NCBI GenBank assembly: GCA_964449545.1
Contig: CAYVBC010000001.1
Coordinates: 1 to 36,306, forward strand
Source of the DNA: an uncultured Clostridia bacterium
GTDB taxonomy: Bacteria; Acidobacteriota; Aminicenantia; UBA2199
Reading direction: 5' to 3'
Length of the DNA: 36,306 nt
Positions 16,885-25,415 of the stretch are shown one piece after another. Within the stretch, counting starts at the first letter, position 1; each line of letters starts with the position of its first letter. A program made the position numbers and the translations under genes. The notes below the pieces were generated by a model that saw only the letters and a list, made by a program, of their open reading frames with translations, was not told the DNA's origin and searched no databases.

Positions 16885-18939
16885 TCATCGGGGTGACAGC
16901 GGGACAATGGATGTGTCGATGACTTTCTGCCCCCGATCGCCGAAATCCACCAGGAATTTGTGTTCGTCAATGCGTTTCTCAACACGGCCAGGCCCGAACA
17001 CCGGGTGTTCCACCTGCTGGCTGGGAGATTCCTCTTCCGGATGATTCGGAGAGGAGGATGCCGAAACTTCCTCGGGGGAGTGAACAAATCGGTACAGCTG
17101 TGATGGAACTGGAGTCAGGAATGGAGAAAGGCGGTCGGAGCCGGTGGACAGAATGAGGTGACGAATCGCACGAGTGGAGGCAACGTACAGCAGTCGCCGT
17201 TCCTCCTCCAGTTCATCGATCCCTTTTCGCAGGAAAAAGGGAAGGTAGGTGGCGTTGACTCCGGTCACCACCACGGAGTTGAACTCCAGCCCCTTGGCGT
17301 TGTGCATGGTGAGCAGATATGCGTCCACGGGTGAATGGGTGTTTTCGTCGTGGGAGTCCACACTGATGCGGTCCAGCAACTCATTGATACCGGAATGATT
17401 TTCAGTGGTTTCCCAGCGGCGGATGAATTCGATCAGTTCGGAGATATTCAATATACGATCATCGTCTCCCCGACGTTCCAGAACATCCAGGTAACCTGAG
17501 ATTTTTATAAGAGATTGCAGCAGGTCCGCGTAGCCGCCTGATGCCGGCTTCGGTTCGGTGACGGACAGTCGCTGCAGAAATGGCTTGACGCTGATTTTCC
17601 CGGGGAAAAAGCGGACCAGTGCGTCCCAGAGTGAAATTTCGTTGGCGCGGGCTTTCTCGTCCACTTGCTCCATGGTTCGCGCGCCGATCCCCAGTGGAAG
17701 GGCGTCCGCCATACGTCGAAATGAGAGGTTGTCGTTACGATTGACGGCCAGTCTCAGGATGGCCAGGCAGTCCCGGACTTCCTTGCGGTCAAAAAACCGT
17801 TGTCCTTTGAGGATGCGAAACGGGACCTGTCGCCGGGTGAAAGCGGTTTCCAGGGCGAGGGACTGGGAGTTGATGCGGTACAGAAATGCGATGGGCAGGC
17901 GTTCCGGGTGCCGGGTTTTCCATGATCGGACCAGATCCGCGGCTTTTCGAGCCTCATCCTCCTTGGAAACACTGTGCAGGATGTGTACGGGGGCCCCTTC
18001 CGTGTGTTCGGTCCACATCGATTTTCCCCTGCGTTGGCGGTTCATCCGGATAATGCTGTTTGCGAAATTCAGGATGGGGCGGGTGGAGCGGAAGTTCTGC
18101 TCCAGTTTGATTACCCGGGTACCCGGGAAATCCTGTTCAAAATCAGACAGGAAGCGTACATTGGCACCACGCCATGAATAGATGGCCTGATCATCGTCTC
18201 CCACCACGGTGATCGCCTGGTGCTCTCCGGCCAGCAAGCGGATCAGTTCGTACTGGTTTGGATTGGTGTCCTGGAATTCATCCACCACCACGTACTGAAA
18301 ACGGCTGCGGTAATGCGTGAGGAGGTCCGGATTTCCCTGAAGGAGTTTGACGGGAAGAGATACCAGGTCCTCATAGTCCCAGGCCTGGTTCTCCAATTGG
18401 AACTGCCAGTACTGCCGGAATATGTGGATCTCCTCGGGGGAGAAGCCCCGGTCTTCCAGCAAGTCGGGATTGTTGGGGTACAGAGAGTTCATTTTGGCGC
18501 TGTTCATCCGGCGGCGCAACTGGTCCCGCTGGTCACTGGTGTAATGGGACGCATGGCTTTTCAACAACCGTTCAATGGCTTTTCGTTGCTCGCCGTCGTC
18601 CATGACTTTCCAGTCGCCGCCGAAATCTCCGGCATCTCCATTTTCCCTCAAAATCCGCAATCCAAGGGAGTGAAAGGTGGAAATGGAAAACTCCCGGGAA
18701 TCAATACCGGTCAGCTCTTGAATCCGCTGCTTCATCTCACTGGCCGCTTTGTTGGTGAATGTAACGCCCAGTATGGATCGGGGAGAGAATTGCTTTTCCC
18801 CGACAAGGTAAGCGATTTTGTGGGTAATGACCCTGGTTTTCCCAGATCCGGCTCCGGCCACGATCAGCAGGGGAGAGTCAAAATGCAGGACGGCTTCCTT
18901 CTGCTCGGGGTTCATCCCCTTGGTCCATTCAGTTGGCAT
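16885..18939 (-). CDS. ATP-dependent DNA helicase, UvrD/PcrA/Rep family (SF1)
   Basis: 684 aa. It has Walker A (AGAGSGKTRVITHKIAYL), motif II (VVDEFQDTN) and the motifs VGDDDQAIYSWRGA, QNFRS, TMHNAKGLEF and LYVASTRA. An alternative start is ATG 18915. Confidence 0.95.
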   Translation of the reverse strand: MPTEWTKGMNPEQKEAVLHFDSPLLIVAGAGSGKTRVITHKIAYLVGEKQFSPRSILGVTFTNKAASEMKQRIQELTGIDSREFSISTFHSLGLRILRENGDAGDFGGDWKVMDDGEQRKAIERLLKSHASHYTSDQRDQLRRRMNSAKMNSLYPNNPDLLEDRGFSPEEIHIFRQYWQFQLENQAWDYEDLVSLPVKLLQGNPDLLTHYRSRFQYVVVDEFQDTNPNQYELIRLLAGEHQAITVVGDDDQAIYSWRGANVRFLSDFEQDFPGTRVIKLEQNFRSTRPILNFANSIIRMNRQRRGKSMWTEHTEGAPVHILHSVSKEDEARKAADLVRSWKTRHPERLPIAFLYRINSQSLALETAFTRRQVPFRILKGQRFFDRKEVRDCLAILRLAVNRNDNLSFRRMADALPLGIGARTMEQVDEKARANEISLWDALVRFFPGKISVKPFLQRLSVTEPKPASGGYADLLQSLIKISGYLDVLERRGDDDRILNISELIEFIRRWETTENHSGINELLDRISVDSHDENTHSPVDAYLLTMHNAKGLEFNSVVVTGVNATYLPFFLRKGIDELEEERRLLYVASTRAIRHLILSTGSDRLSPFLTPVPSQLYRFVHSPEEVSASSSPNHPEEESPSQQVEHPVFGPGRVEKRIDEHKFLVDFGDRGQKVIDTSIVPLSPR

Positions 18940-19636
18940 GATTGCGCCGGATCAGGGGGACAAACTGGACAGGAATAAGGTTGGTGCGTTTCAGGCGGCC
19001 GCTTTCGGTTTTTTCAATCAGGATCAGCTCCTGGACTTTCTGGGAAAAGCTGACCGGGATAACCATGCGTCCACCCACAGCCAGTTGACGGATCAACGGG
19101 GGAGGAATATGGTCCGGCGAACAGGTTACGATTATGCCGTCATAGGGCGCATGTTGTTCCCATCCCAGATATCCATCTCCGGTACGGAAGTGGATATTGC
19201 GATATCCCAGTGAACGGGTCAGGCGTTTCGCCTGTTCGGACAGCCTGGCCTTGATTTCTATGGTATACACTTCCTTGACCAGTTCCGCCAGGATTGCGGC
19301 CTGATATCCGGAACCGGTTCCGATTTCCAGCACTTTTTTATTAAAATCCGGAGCGATGATGGAGGTCATGATCGCAACCGTGTACGGCCTGTTGACGGTC
19401 TGGCCTTCATCAATGGGAAGTTCCTTGTCCTCATAGGCCCTGCTGCGCAGTGACGGATTCACGAAAAGGTGGCGAGCCACCTGCGTGAAGGCGTTCAGGA
19501 TGCGGGCCTCAACGATCCCCTTGGCGCGGATCTGTTCCTGCACCATCTGCCGGCGAAGGTTGGGAAAGTCCTGGGCATGAAGATTTCCCTGTGGTGCCAG
19601 GGCAGCCACAAGAAGCGTAATTGCGATTCTTTTCAT
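18929..19636 (-). CDS. pcm: Protein-L-isoaspartate O-methyltransferase with an N-terminal signal-peptide-like extension
   Basis: 235 aa counted from ATG 19636, which has GGGGAG directly upstream. The SAM-binding motif VLEIGTGSGYQAAILAELV, YDGIIVT and PPPLIRQLAVGGRMVIPV are all present. The first ~21 residues, MKRIAITLLVAALAPQGNLHA, look like a Sec signal. Confidence 0.88.
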   Translation of the reverse strand: MKRIAITLLVAALAPQGNLHAQDFPNLRRQMVQEQIRAKGIVEARILNAFTQVARHLFVNPSLRSRAYEDKELPIDEGQTVNRPYTVAIMTSIIAPDFNKKVLEIGTGSGYQAAILAELVKEVYTIEIKARLSEQAKRLTRSLGYRNIHFRTGDGYLGWEQHAPYDGIIVTCSPDHIPPPLIRQLAVGGRMVIPVSFSQKVQELILIEKTESGRLKRTNLIPVQFVPLIRRNHAN

Positions 19637-19683
19637 CTCCCCTATTCTAACAGAAAGTGCCATGGAGGCAAGGGGAAATTATC

Positions 19684-21237
19684 TCATTGATGCCTGAAGT
19701 CGGAGAACTTGATGTTATGTTGAGTGAGAGTTCCGCCAATGATCCGGTGGATCCGGGCAAGGGTCAGATTGTAGTTAATGGCGGACTGCAGGGCGTTGGA
19801 CTGGGCGCTGGCGAAATCCCGTTGATAACTCAACACCTGGTAGTTGGTGGACATTCCCACGGAGAGCTTTTTTTCTTCCGCTTTCAGTTTCTGTTCCTGG
19901 AGTTCCAGGGCGATCTGGTTGGATTCCACCAGCTTTCGGTTGGATTCCAGCTCCTTCAGGGCCTGCTTGAGTTCGGAGTAAATGGTGTTTTCCACTTTTT
20001 TCAGGTTGAGCATCGCTTTTTTCATGTTTATTTTGGCCTGAGCGAGCTGGGCTTTCTCCCTGGCGAAGCTCAATGGAATGGTGAGGCTGAGGCCGATGGA
20101 GTAGTTGCGATATTTGTTGCTGGCCAACTCATCGAGGGCATCCATTAGGTCTTTGCTGATCACCCCGATCACGGGACGGTTGAGGTCAAAGGGGGAGGAG
20201 TTCGGGTCAAAGATCAACTGATCACCACCACGACCGGTGGAGTAGTAAGTGGCTGTGAGCTGGAGGTCTGGCAGCATCTGGTTACGGGCATATCTTACGC
20301 GAATGCCGTAACTGTCCAGGTCCAGGCGGGCTTGAAGGATATCCGGACGATTTTCCAGCGCATCCTTTAGAAAGGTGTTGAAATCAGTTTCAAAGGGAGC
20401 GATCTCCGGTGCGTCCGTTGGCTTTAGTGCCGCGGCGGACTGGCTGATGTTGAGGATTTTTTTCAACTGTTCTTCCGCGGTCAGGATAGAATTTTCAGCC
20501 TGGATCAACTGGCTTTCGTAGGAGGCAACCTCGGCTTTGGCTTCCAGCACGTCGATCCGGGGGGCGGCTCCGACCCGAACTCTTTTTTCGTTCTGACGCA
20601 GCAGATCTTCGGCGCGTTGAAGAGACTTCTTCTGTGCTTCCAGGTTCTGGTGCGCGTATACCAGGTTCCAATACGCTTCTTCCACCTGGTAGATCAGGTT
20701 GATCAGGTTGTTTTTCAAGCTGAGGTCATTCTTACGGAAATCGTTGGCCGCAATGTAAATTTCCTGCTTGGTGGCCAGACTGCCGAATCCCTTCAGGAGT
20801 GGTTGATTGAGGGTTAGCTGAAGGGTGGAATACAATGCGGGATTGATGGTGCTGAATGCGCTGTTGCTGGATTGCCGGGAGTTGCTGAGCCTGACGCCCA
20901 GCGTTCCGCCCAGCGCGATCTGCTGGTTCAGAGATATATTCAGGCTTTCGCTTTCATTCTGCTGCACATCCGCGCCACTGAGGAAGTCACTGGATGGCCG
21001 GTTGGTTTCCTGCTTGCTTGCTTCAATGGTCAGGGAGGGAATGAAAATAGATTTGCTGGAGCGAAGGGATTCCCAGAAATAATCCCTGTTCTGAATCTCT
21101 ATTTTAAAGTCCAGGTTGTTTTCCAACGCGGTGACAATCGCGTTCTGCAACCCGAGCTCTTTGACTTCTTCCCCTGCGATCCCCATCTGGACAGATACCG
21201 CCAATAGTATGATCAGTGCGATTTTCAGTGCTTTCAT
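19684..21237 (-). CDS. TolC-family outer-membrane efflux protein
   Basis: 517 aa counted from ATG 21237, with GGAGGA upstream. It has a signal peptide (MKALKIALIILLAVSVQMGIAG), two repeated halves and typical TolC helices (LSLKNNLINLIYQVEEAYWNLVYAHQNLEAQKKSL...). Confidence 0.85.
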   Translation of the reverse strand: MKALKIALIILLAVSVQMGIAGEEVKELGLQNAIVTALENNLDFKIEIQNRDYFWESLRSSKSIFIPSLTIEASKQETNRPSSDFLSGADVQQNESESLNISLNQQIALGGTLGVRLSNSRQSSNSAFSTINPALYSTLQLTLNQPLLKGFGSLATKQEIYIAANDFRKNDLSLKNNLINLIYQVEEAYWNLVYAHQNLEAQKKSLQRAEDLLRQNEKRVRVGAAPRIDVLEAKAEVASYESQLIQAENSILTAEEQLKKILNISQSAAALKPTDAPEIAPFETDFNTFLKDALENRPDILQARLDLDSYGIRVRYARNQMLPDLQLTATYYSTGRGGDQLIFDPNSSPFDLNRPVIGVISKDLMDALDELASNKYRNYSIGLSLTIPLSFAREKAQLAQAKINMKKAMLNLKKVENTIYSELKQALKELESNRKLVESNQIALELQEQKLKAEEKKLSVGMSTNYQVLSYQRDFASAQSNALQSAINYNLTLARIHRIIGGTLTQHNIKFSDFRHQ

Positions 21238-21286
21238 CAATTCCTCCGTTATCACAAATTAATACGAATGGATAGGCAAAAAGTTC

Positions 21287-22165
21287 TCAACCAAATGAAA
21301 TCGGGAAGTGACCATTCCCGGTAATGATGCGGTTTGAAGCGACAGCGTCTGACAGGTGAACACCGTCCGTTACAATAACATTCCGTAAGCGGGAAGATCC
21401 GGAAATTTTCGCGCTGTCCCATACAATGCAGTGATCCAGCCGGGAAGAGGAGGACACCTGCGATTCCGGTGAAATCGCCGCGTCCGGGGGCAATCCCTTA
21501 CTTTTCAAGTAGGCGAATTGGGCCTCAAAATAATGGTGGGGAGTCCCCAGGTCCAGCCAGATGCCGGTGTATTCCAGGGTTTGGACATTCATTGTGGACT
21601 TTTTCAGAGACAGGAAAAAGCTCTCATCCTGAATGGCAGCCACCATTTTTTGTGAAAAGAGAGCCACGCCGCAATACATCAGCCCTCCGGGGCCGGGATG
21701 CGAACGGGTACCGGAAAACCGGTCCGCATCCGTCGTCACCTCATTGTATTCGCTACTGAGTCTCCGGCGTACCAGCAATACCCCGTCGCAATGGGTTTCA
21801 TTGAATGTCCGCAGCAGTTGCAGAACAGGAATTTCAAGAAAAACGTCCCCATTGACCACCAACAGAGGGTCATTGCCGGAATCCAGGGCTTTTCTCAGAA
21901 TACGGCTTCCACTTAAGTGCTTTTCCCGGAGATAGTGAATTTCCGTGTGGGATTTCAACGTCTCCTGAATTTCATTCCCCTTGTAATGCAGGTTGATGTA
22001 AGTGTTACGTACGCCCTCAATCTGTAACTGTTTCACCAGGAGACGGATCAGGGGGACACCGCCCAGGGGAAACAGGGGTTTTGGACGGACCCGACTCAAG
22101 GGCCTGGCGCGCAGTCCCAGACCTGCCGCCAGGATAAAGGTGTTCAGGGAAGCCCGACTATTCAT
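21287..22165 (-). CDS. Sugar-phosphate nucleotidyltransferase family protein (NDP-sugar pyrophosphorylase-like)
   Basis: I place the start at ATG 22165 (MNSRASLNTFILAAGLGLRARPLSRVRPKPLFPLGGVPLI, the G-x-G-x-R...PKP signature). The C-terminal part looks like a left-handed beta-helix. It overlaps the CYTH gene stop by 8 nt. Confidence 0.78.
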   Translation of the reverse strand: MNSRASLNTFILAAGLGLRARPLSRVRPKPLFPLGGVPLIRLLVKQLQIEGVRNTYINLHYKGNEIQETLKSHTEIHYLREKHLSGSRILRKALDSGNDPLLVVNGDVFLEIPVLQLLRTFNETHCDGVLLVRRRLSSEYNEVTTDADRFSGTRSHPGPGGLMYCGVALFSQKMVAAIQDESFFLSLKKSTMNVQTLEYTGIWLDLGTPHHYFEAQFAYLKSKGLPPDAAISPESQVSSSSRLDHCIVWDSAKISGSSRLRNVIVTDGVHLSDAVASNRIITGNGHFPISFG

Positions 22166-22733
22166 TTTCAGCGGGAAAACGCATGTCGCCATGCCCACCG
22201 GTTGCGATGAAGAGAGAACGATAATTGGCGGTAATGTACTGGTCCCGGGTGTAACCCAGTTCATGTGTCAGTGTGTCTATGGTCTTCGGGGAACCTTCGA
22301 TTTCCATGAAATTCCCCATCGGGGTTTCGTCCAGCATGGCCATGGCTTCTTCGAAAATGAGTATCTCCCTGAATTTTTCGTAGGTGAATATGACTTCATA
22401 GCCGATTTTTTCAAGTATGTCTCGCATGGTGTCAAAGTCGGCCACATGGACTTCTGTTTCCTCGCGAACTTTGTAAGCGGATTCGGATTTTTTTTGTTGA
22501 GGTGGCGTCTTGGCGGTGAGAATCACCCTGTCAGCCGCACTCCGGAGGCGCAACAGGCGACCGGATTTCCGTAGGTGGTGGTCCGGTGTGTCAAACACCA
22601 GGTTGAATTCGTGGTGGCGGGGAACCATGGTTCGAAATCCCTTCAAATGCAGCTTTTTTCTTAGTGTGCCTGGATCCTGGACGGGAAGTTTGATCTCGAT
22701 TTCCCGTTTCCGGGTGCCGGTTCCTTCTTTCAT
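22158..22733 (-). CDS. CYTH-domain protein (class IV adenylate cyclase / triphosphate tunnel metalloenzyme family)
   Basis: 191 aa. It carries the ExExK signature (EIEIKLPV), plus LRLRS...ILTAKTP...REETEV and MLDETPMGNFMEIEG, as in CyaB/ThTPase-like proteins. Confidence 0.82.
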   Translation of the reverse strand: MKEGTGTRKREIEIKLPVQDPGTLRKKLHLKGFRTMVPRHHEFNLVFDTPDHHLRKSGRLLRLRSAADRVILTAKTPPQQKKSESAYKVREETEVHVADFDTMRDILEKIGYEVIFTYEKFREILIFEEAMAMLDETPMGNFMEIEGSPKTIDTLTHELGYTRDQYITANYRSLFIATGGHGDMRFPAENE

Positions 22734-22751
22734 AGGATCCCTCTCCGATGG

Positions 22752-23693
22752 TCAGTAATCTCTGCTTTCAATGAATTCCACCAATTGATCCAGGGAGTCT
22801 CTGAATATGGATGGAGGGAGTGCGCGGAGGAACTGATGGCATTCCGATGCGTATTGATGGGTCATCTGCTTCATGTTTTCCAGGATTCCTCTCTCCCGCA
22901 TCAGAATGTCGATGGCCGGAAAATCCCTTTTTTTCAGAAGTTCTTCTCCAGTTTCGCGATTCTCCTCAAGAAGGAGAATCAGCGGCAGGGTGATCTTGCC
23001 TTCCATCAGGTCCCTGAAGCGATCTTTTCCCGACAGGGTGGAAAAAATGTCGATCAGGTCATCCTGCATTTGGAACAGTGTGCCGAAACTCATACCGAAG
23101 CGTTCATATTCTCCCGGATCGGCATCCAGGTTGGCATCCAGGTTGGCGACAATGCGCGCGATCCCTGCAAACAGGGATCCGGTTTTTTGACGGATGATGG
23201 ATAGATAGCTTTTCCGGGTGGTGGCAAGGTCATGTTGATGGTCCAGCTCAAGCATCTGGCCTTCAATCATCTGTACGGCCACATCCATGGCGGTCTGTAC
23301 CACGGGAGAGTGACCGATACGGTTCAGGGAACGGAATGCGCTGATGAATAGGTAATCTCCCCAGAGAATGGACATCTGGTTGCCTTCGTCCATGTTCAGC
23401 GATTTTCGTCCCCGACGCATCGTGGAATGGTCCATTACATCGTCATGAATCAGACTGGACAGGTGGATCAGCTCCAGTTCGGAAGCGATTGCCGGCAGCT
23501 GAGGGTCTGAGGACTCCCGTGCCCCGGCCAAAAGAAACATGAGGGTAGGACGGATTCTTTTGCCGCTTTGAATCGGGGTTTTTCCCATCATTCGCCGAAT
23601 TACGCCTTTATGGATCCGGAATTTTTCGCGCAGAAGATGATCCACGGCATCCAGCTGACGCTGAACCGGCGACTGAATTTTTTTTAACTCCAC
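22752..23693 (-). CDS. Polyprenyl diphosphate synthase (IspB-like trans-prenyltransferase)
   Basis: 313 aa with a GTG start at 23693. The first DDxxD motif is LIHDDVMD and the second is FQMQDDLID. The N terminus aligns by eye with IspB N termini. Confidence 0.9.
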   Translation of the reverse strand: MELKKIQSPVQRQLDAVDHLLREKFRIHKGVIRRMMGKTPIQSGKRIRPTLMFLLAGARESSDPQLPAIASELELIHLSSLIHDDVMDHSTMRRGRKSLNMDEGNQMSILWGDYLFISAFRSLNRIGHSPVVQTAMDVAVQMIEGQMLELDHQHDLATTRKSYLSIIRQKTGSLFAGIARIVANLDANLDADPGEYERFGMSFGTLFQMQDDLIDIFSTLSGKDRFRDLMEGKITLPLILLLEENRETGEELLKKRDFPAIDILMRERGILENMKQMTHQYASECHQFLRALPPSIFRDSLDQLVEFIESRDY

Positions 23694-23699
23694 CCGCCC

Positions 23700-23729
23700 A
23701 TTCTAGCACTGGCGATCAAAATTTGTAAA
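23700..23729 (-). promoter_or_regulatory. Sigma70-like promoter of the prenyl synthase gene (TTTACA-18-TAGAAT) ending 6 nt before the GTG start
   Basis: The minus strand reads TTTACA (23729-23724), an 18-nt spacer, TAGAAT (23705-23700), GGGCGG, then GTG (23693). Confidence 0.45.
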
Positions 23730-23751
23730 GCATCCGCATGATGGATATACT
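23723..23751 (+). promoter_or_regulatory. Sigma70-like promoter of yjbQ (TTGTAA-17-TATACT) ending 6 nt before the ATG; its -35 element overlaps that of the divergent promoter
   Basis: TTGTAA is at 23723-23728, followed by a 17-nt spacer, TATACT at 23746-23751, CAACAT, then ATG 23758. There is no Shine-Dalgarno sequence. Confidence 0.5.
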
Positions 23752-23757
23752 CAACAT

Positions 23758-24180
23758 ATGATTGAATATCGGGAAATCCGGATTTTAACGGACAACGATC
23801 GACGGTTGATCGATGTCACCGGAAAGATTCAACTCGAGCTTGAAGAATGTGGGATTGAAGACGGAATGGTGCTGCTTTTCGTTCCCGGGGCCACCGGGGC
23901 TTTGTCCACCATTGAGTATGAGCCCGGACTACAGCGGGATTTTCCGGAATTGATGGAGCGGTTGATTCCGGAAAAGAACGTTTATCATCACAATGAAACC
24001 TGGGGAGACGGCAATGGCCATTCCCATCTCCGTGCCACTTTGATCGGGCCCTCATTGACCGTTCCCATTCGGGATGGACAATTGGTGCTGGGGAGATGGC
24101 AGCAGATCATCTTCCTGGAGTTTGATAACCGTCCCAGGGATCGTCGACTGGTAGTTCAGTTCATGGGTGAGGAGCGGTAA
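23758..24180 (+). CDS. yjbQ: YjbQ/UPF0047 family protein (secondary thiamine-phosphate synthase enzyme)
   Basis: 140 aa. ALSTIEYEPGLQRDF...GNGHSHLRATLIGPSLTVPIRDGQLVLGRWQQIIFLEFD is the characteristic YjbQ pattern. Confidence 0.88.
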   Translation: MIEYREIRILTDNDRRLIDVTGKIQLELEECGIEDGMVLLFVPGATGALSTIEYEPGLQRDFPELMERLIPEKNVYHHNETWGDGNGHSHLRATLIGPSLTVPIRDGQLVLGRWQQIIFLEFDNRPRDRRLVVQFMGEER

Positions 24181-24197
24181 CGAACCCCGATCCACGC

Positions 24198-25301
24198 TTA
24201 CCTTTGACGCGGAGTGTCCAGAGAGTCTCCCTGTACGGAACGGACTTCCGTGGCCAGGTCGGCGGTCAGGCAGGAGTGGACTGGGAGAATGGCAAGGCAA
24301 TCTCCGGGTTTGAGGCTTTCCGCTTTTTCCCGGCCCACATGGACGATGCCGTGTTCCTGGCTGAGAGATCGTACTCGGGCGCCCGCCATGGGGGGCGCCC
24401 AGGAATTTTCCCCGGAGCAGGGTGCCACCAGACCAAATGCAGGTGTTCCATCCGGTTCGATAATGGCGTCGCCGGACAGGTGCACTTTTCCTCCCCGGAT
24501 CACCACTTCTCCCCGCCCGGGGTAGGTGCCGATTACCGGGCACAAGAGCCGTACCGCAATGTCATCGATACGGCAGCTGCCAAGCATGGTCTGCATGATA
24601 TCGTAATAAACGAAATTGCCACAGCGGACTTCCTGAATCCCGGTGAAGTCCACCGCATGACTGCAGGCGGGTGTATCTCCAATAGAGATTTCAAGACCCG
24701 GGAGTCCCTGCTTTTCCATCTGGTCACGCACCGATTTGAGCTGAATCATGCTCTCCTCGTGAATTCTCGTGATATCAGGAGGGTCGGATGCATGATAGGT
24801 ATGACCTGCATGAGTGAGAATCCCCCGCAATGAGAAATGGGTTTTACCCAGGATCTCTTTTCCCAGGTGGACAATCTGGTCTGGCCGGGATGCTTCCAGG
24901 CCGCATCTCCCATACCCCGTGTCGATTTTAATCCAGACATCCACGGGTCGTTTCAGCCGGGCGGCCGTGCTTCGAACGGCATGTGGGTGGTCGAACAGAA
25001 GATTCAGCCGGATTGAGGGGGGAAAATGGTTGATCTCTTCTGTTTCGCCCGGATTGAAGGGCATGGCGATCAGGATATCCCGCCACCCGTCAGAGGCGAA
25101 TCGCGCAGCCATATCTACCGAGGTGACGGTTATGTTCTGAATACCCTCATCGCGAAACCAGCGGCCCACGTCCAGAGATTGATGGGTTTTAAAATGGGGG
25201 CGAAAGCGTATGCCCATGGAGTGGAACTTGCGGGTCATTCGACGGATGTTGCGGATTGCGATATCCGAATTTATCAGCAGAGTCGGCCGGACAATGGTCA
25301 T
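24198..25301 (-). CDS. DSD1-like PLP-dependent enzyme (alanine racemase N-terminal fold; D-serine dehydratase / D-threonine aldolase family)
   Basis: 367 aa. The PLP-lysine region is RFRPHFKTHQS and LTHAGHTY is present, with a C-terminal beta-domain. GGAGG lies 4 nt upstream of the ATG. Confidence 0.75.
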   Translation of the reverse strand: MTIVRPTLLINSDIAIRNIRRMTRKFHSMGIRFRPHFKTHQSLDVGRWFRDEGIQNITVTSVDMAARFASDGWRDILIAMPFNPGETEEINHFPPSIRLNLLFDHPHAVRSTAARLKRPVDVWIKIDTGYGRCGLEASRPDQIVHLGKEILGKTHFSLRGILTHAGHTYHASDPPDITRIHEESMIQLKSVRDQMEKQGLPGLEISIGDTPACSHAVDFTGIQEVRCGNFVYYDIMQTMLGSCRIDDIAVRLLCPVIGTYPGRGEVVIRGGKVHLSGDAIIEPDGTPAFGLVAPCSGENSWAPPMAGARVRSLSQEHGIVHVGREKAESLKPGDCLAILPVHSCLTADLATEVRSVQGDSLDTPRQR

Positions 25302-25354
25302 GAAACCTCCAATGAGAAATATAGCATGAATGGCTTGGAGCGGGCAAAGCAGGA

Positions 25355-25383
25355 TTGCTTTTCTCTTTCCCCTTTTTTATAAT
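25355..25383 (+). promoter_or_regulatory. Sigma70-like promoter of the zinc-ribbon operon (TTGCTT-17-TATAAT)
   Basis: TTGCTT is at 25355-25360, followed by a 17-nt spacer and TATAAT at 25378-25383. AAGGAG at 25406-25411 lies 4 nt upstream of ATG 25416. A 6-bp inverted repeat (AAAGCA-GGAT-TGCTTT) overlaps the -35 element. Confidence 0.5.
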
Positions 25384-25415
25384 GGCAACTGAATCGAGGG
25401 CAAACAAGGAGATCC

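Noticed and set aside
25343-25360. A 6-bp inverted repeat (AAAGCA-GGAT-TGCTTT) overlapping the -35 element of the zinc-ribbon operon promoter, as a possible operator.
   Set aside because: It is too short to distinguish from chance and no second copy occurs elsewhere in the window. I mention it only in the promoter feature.
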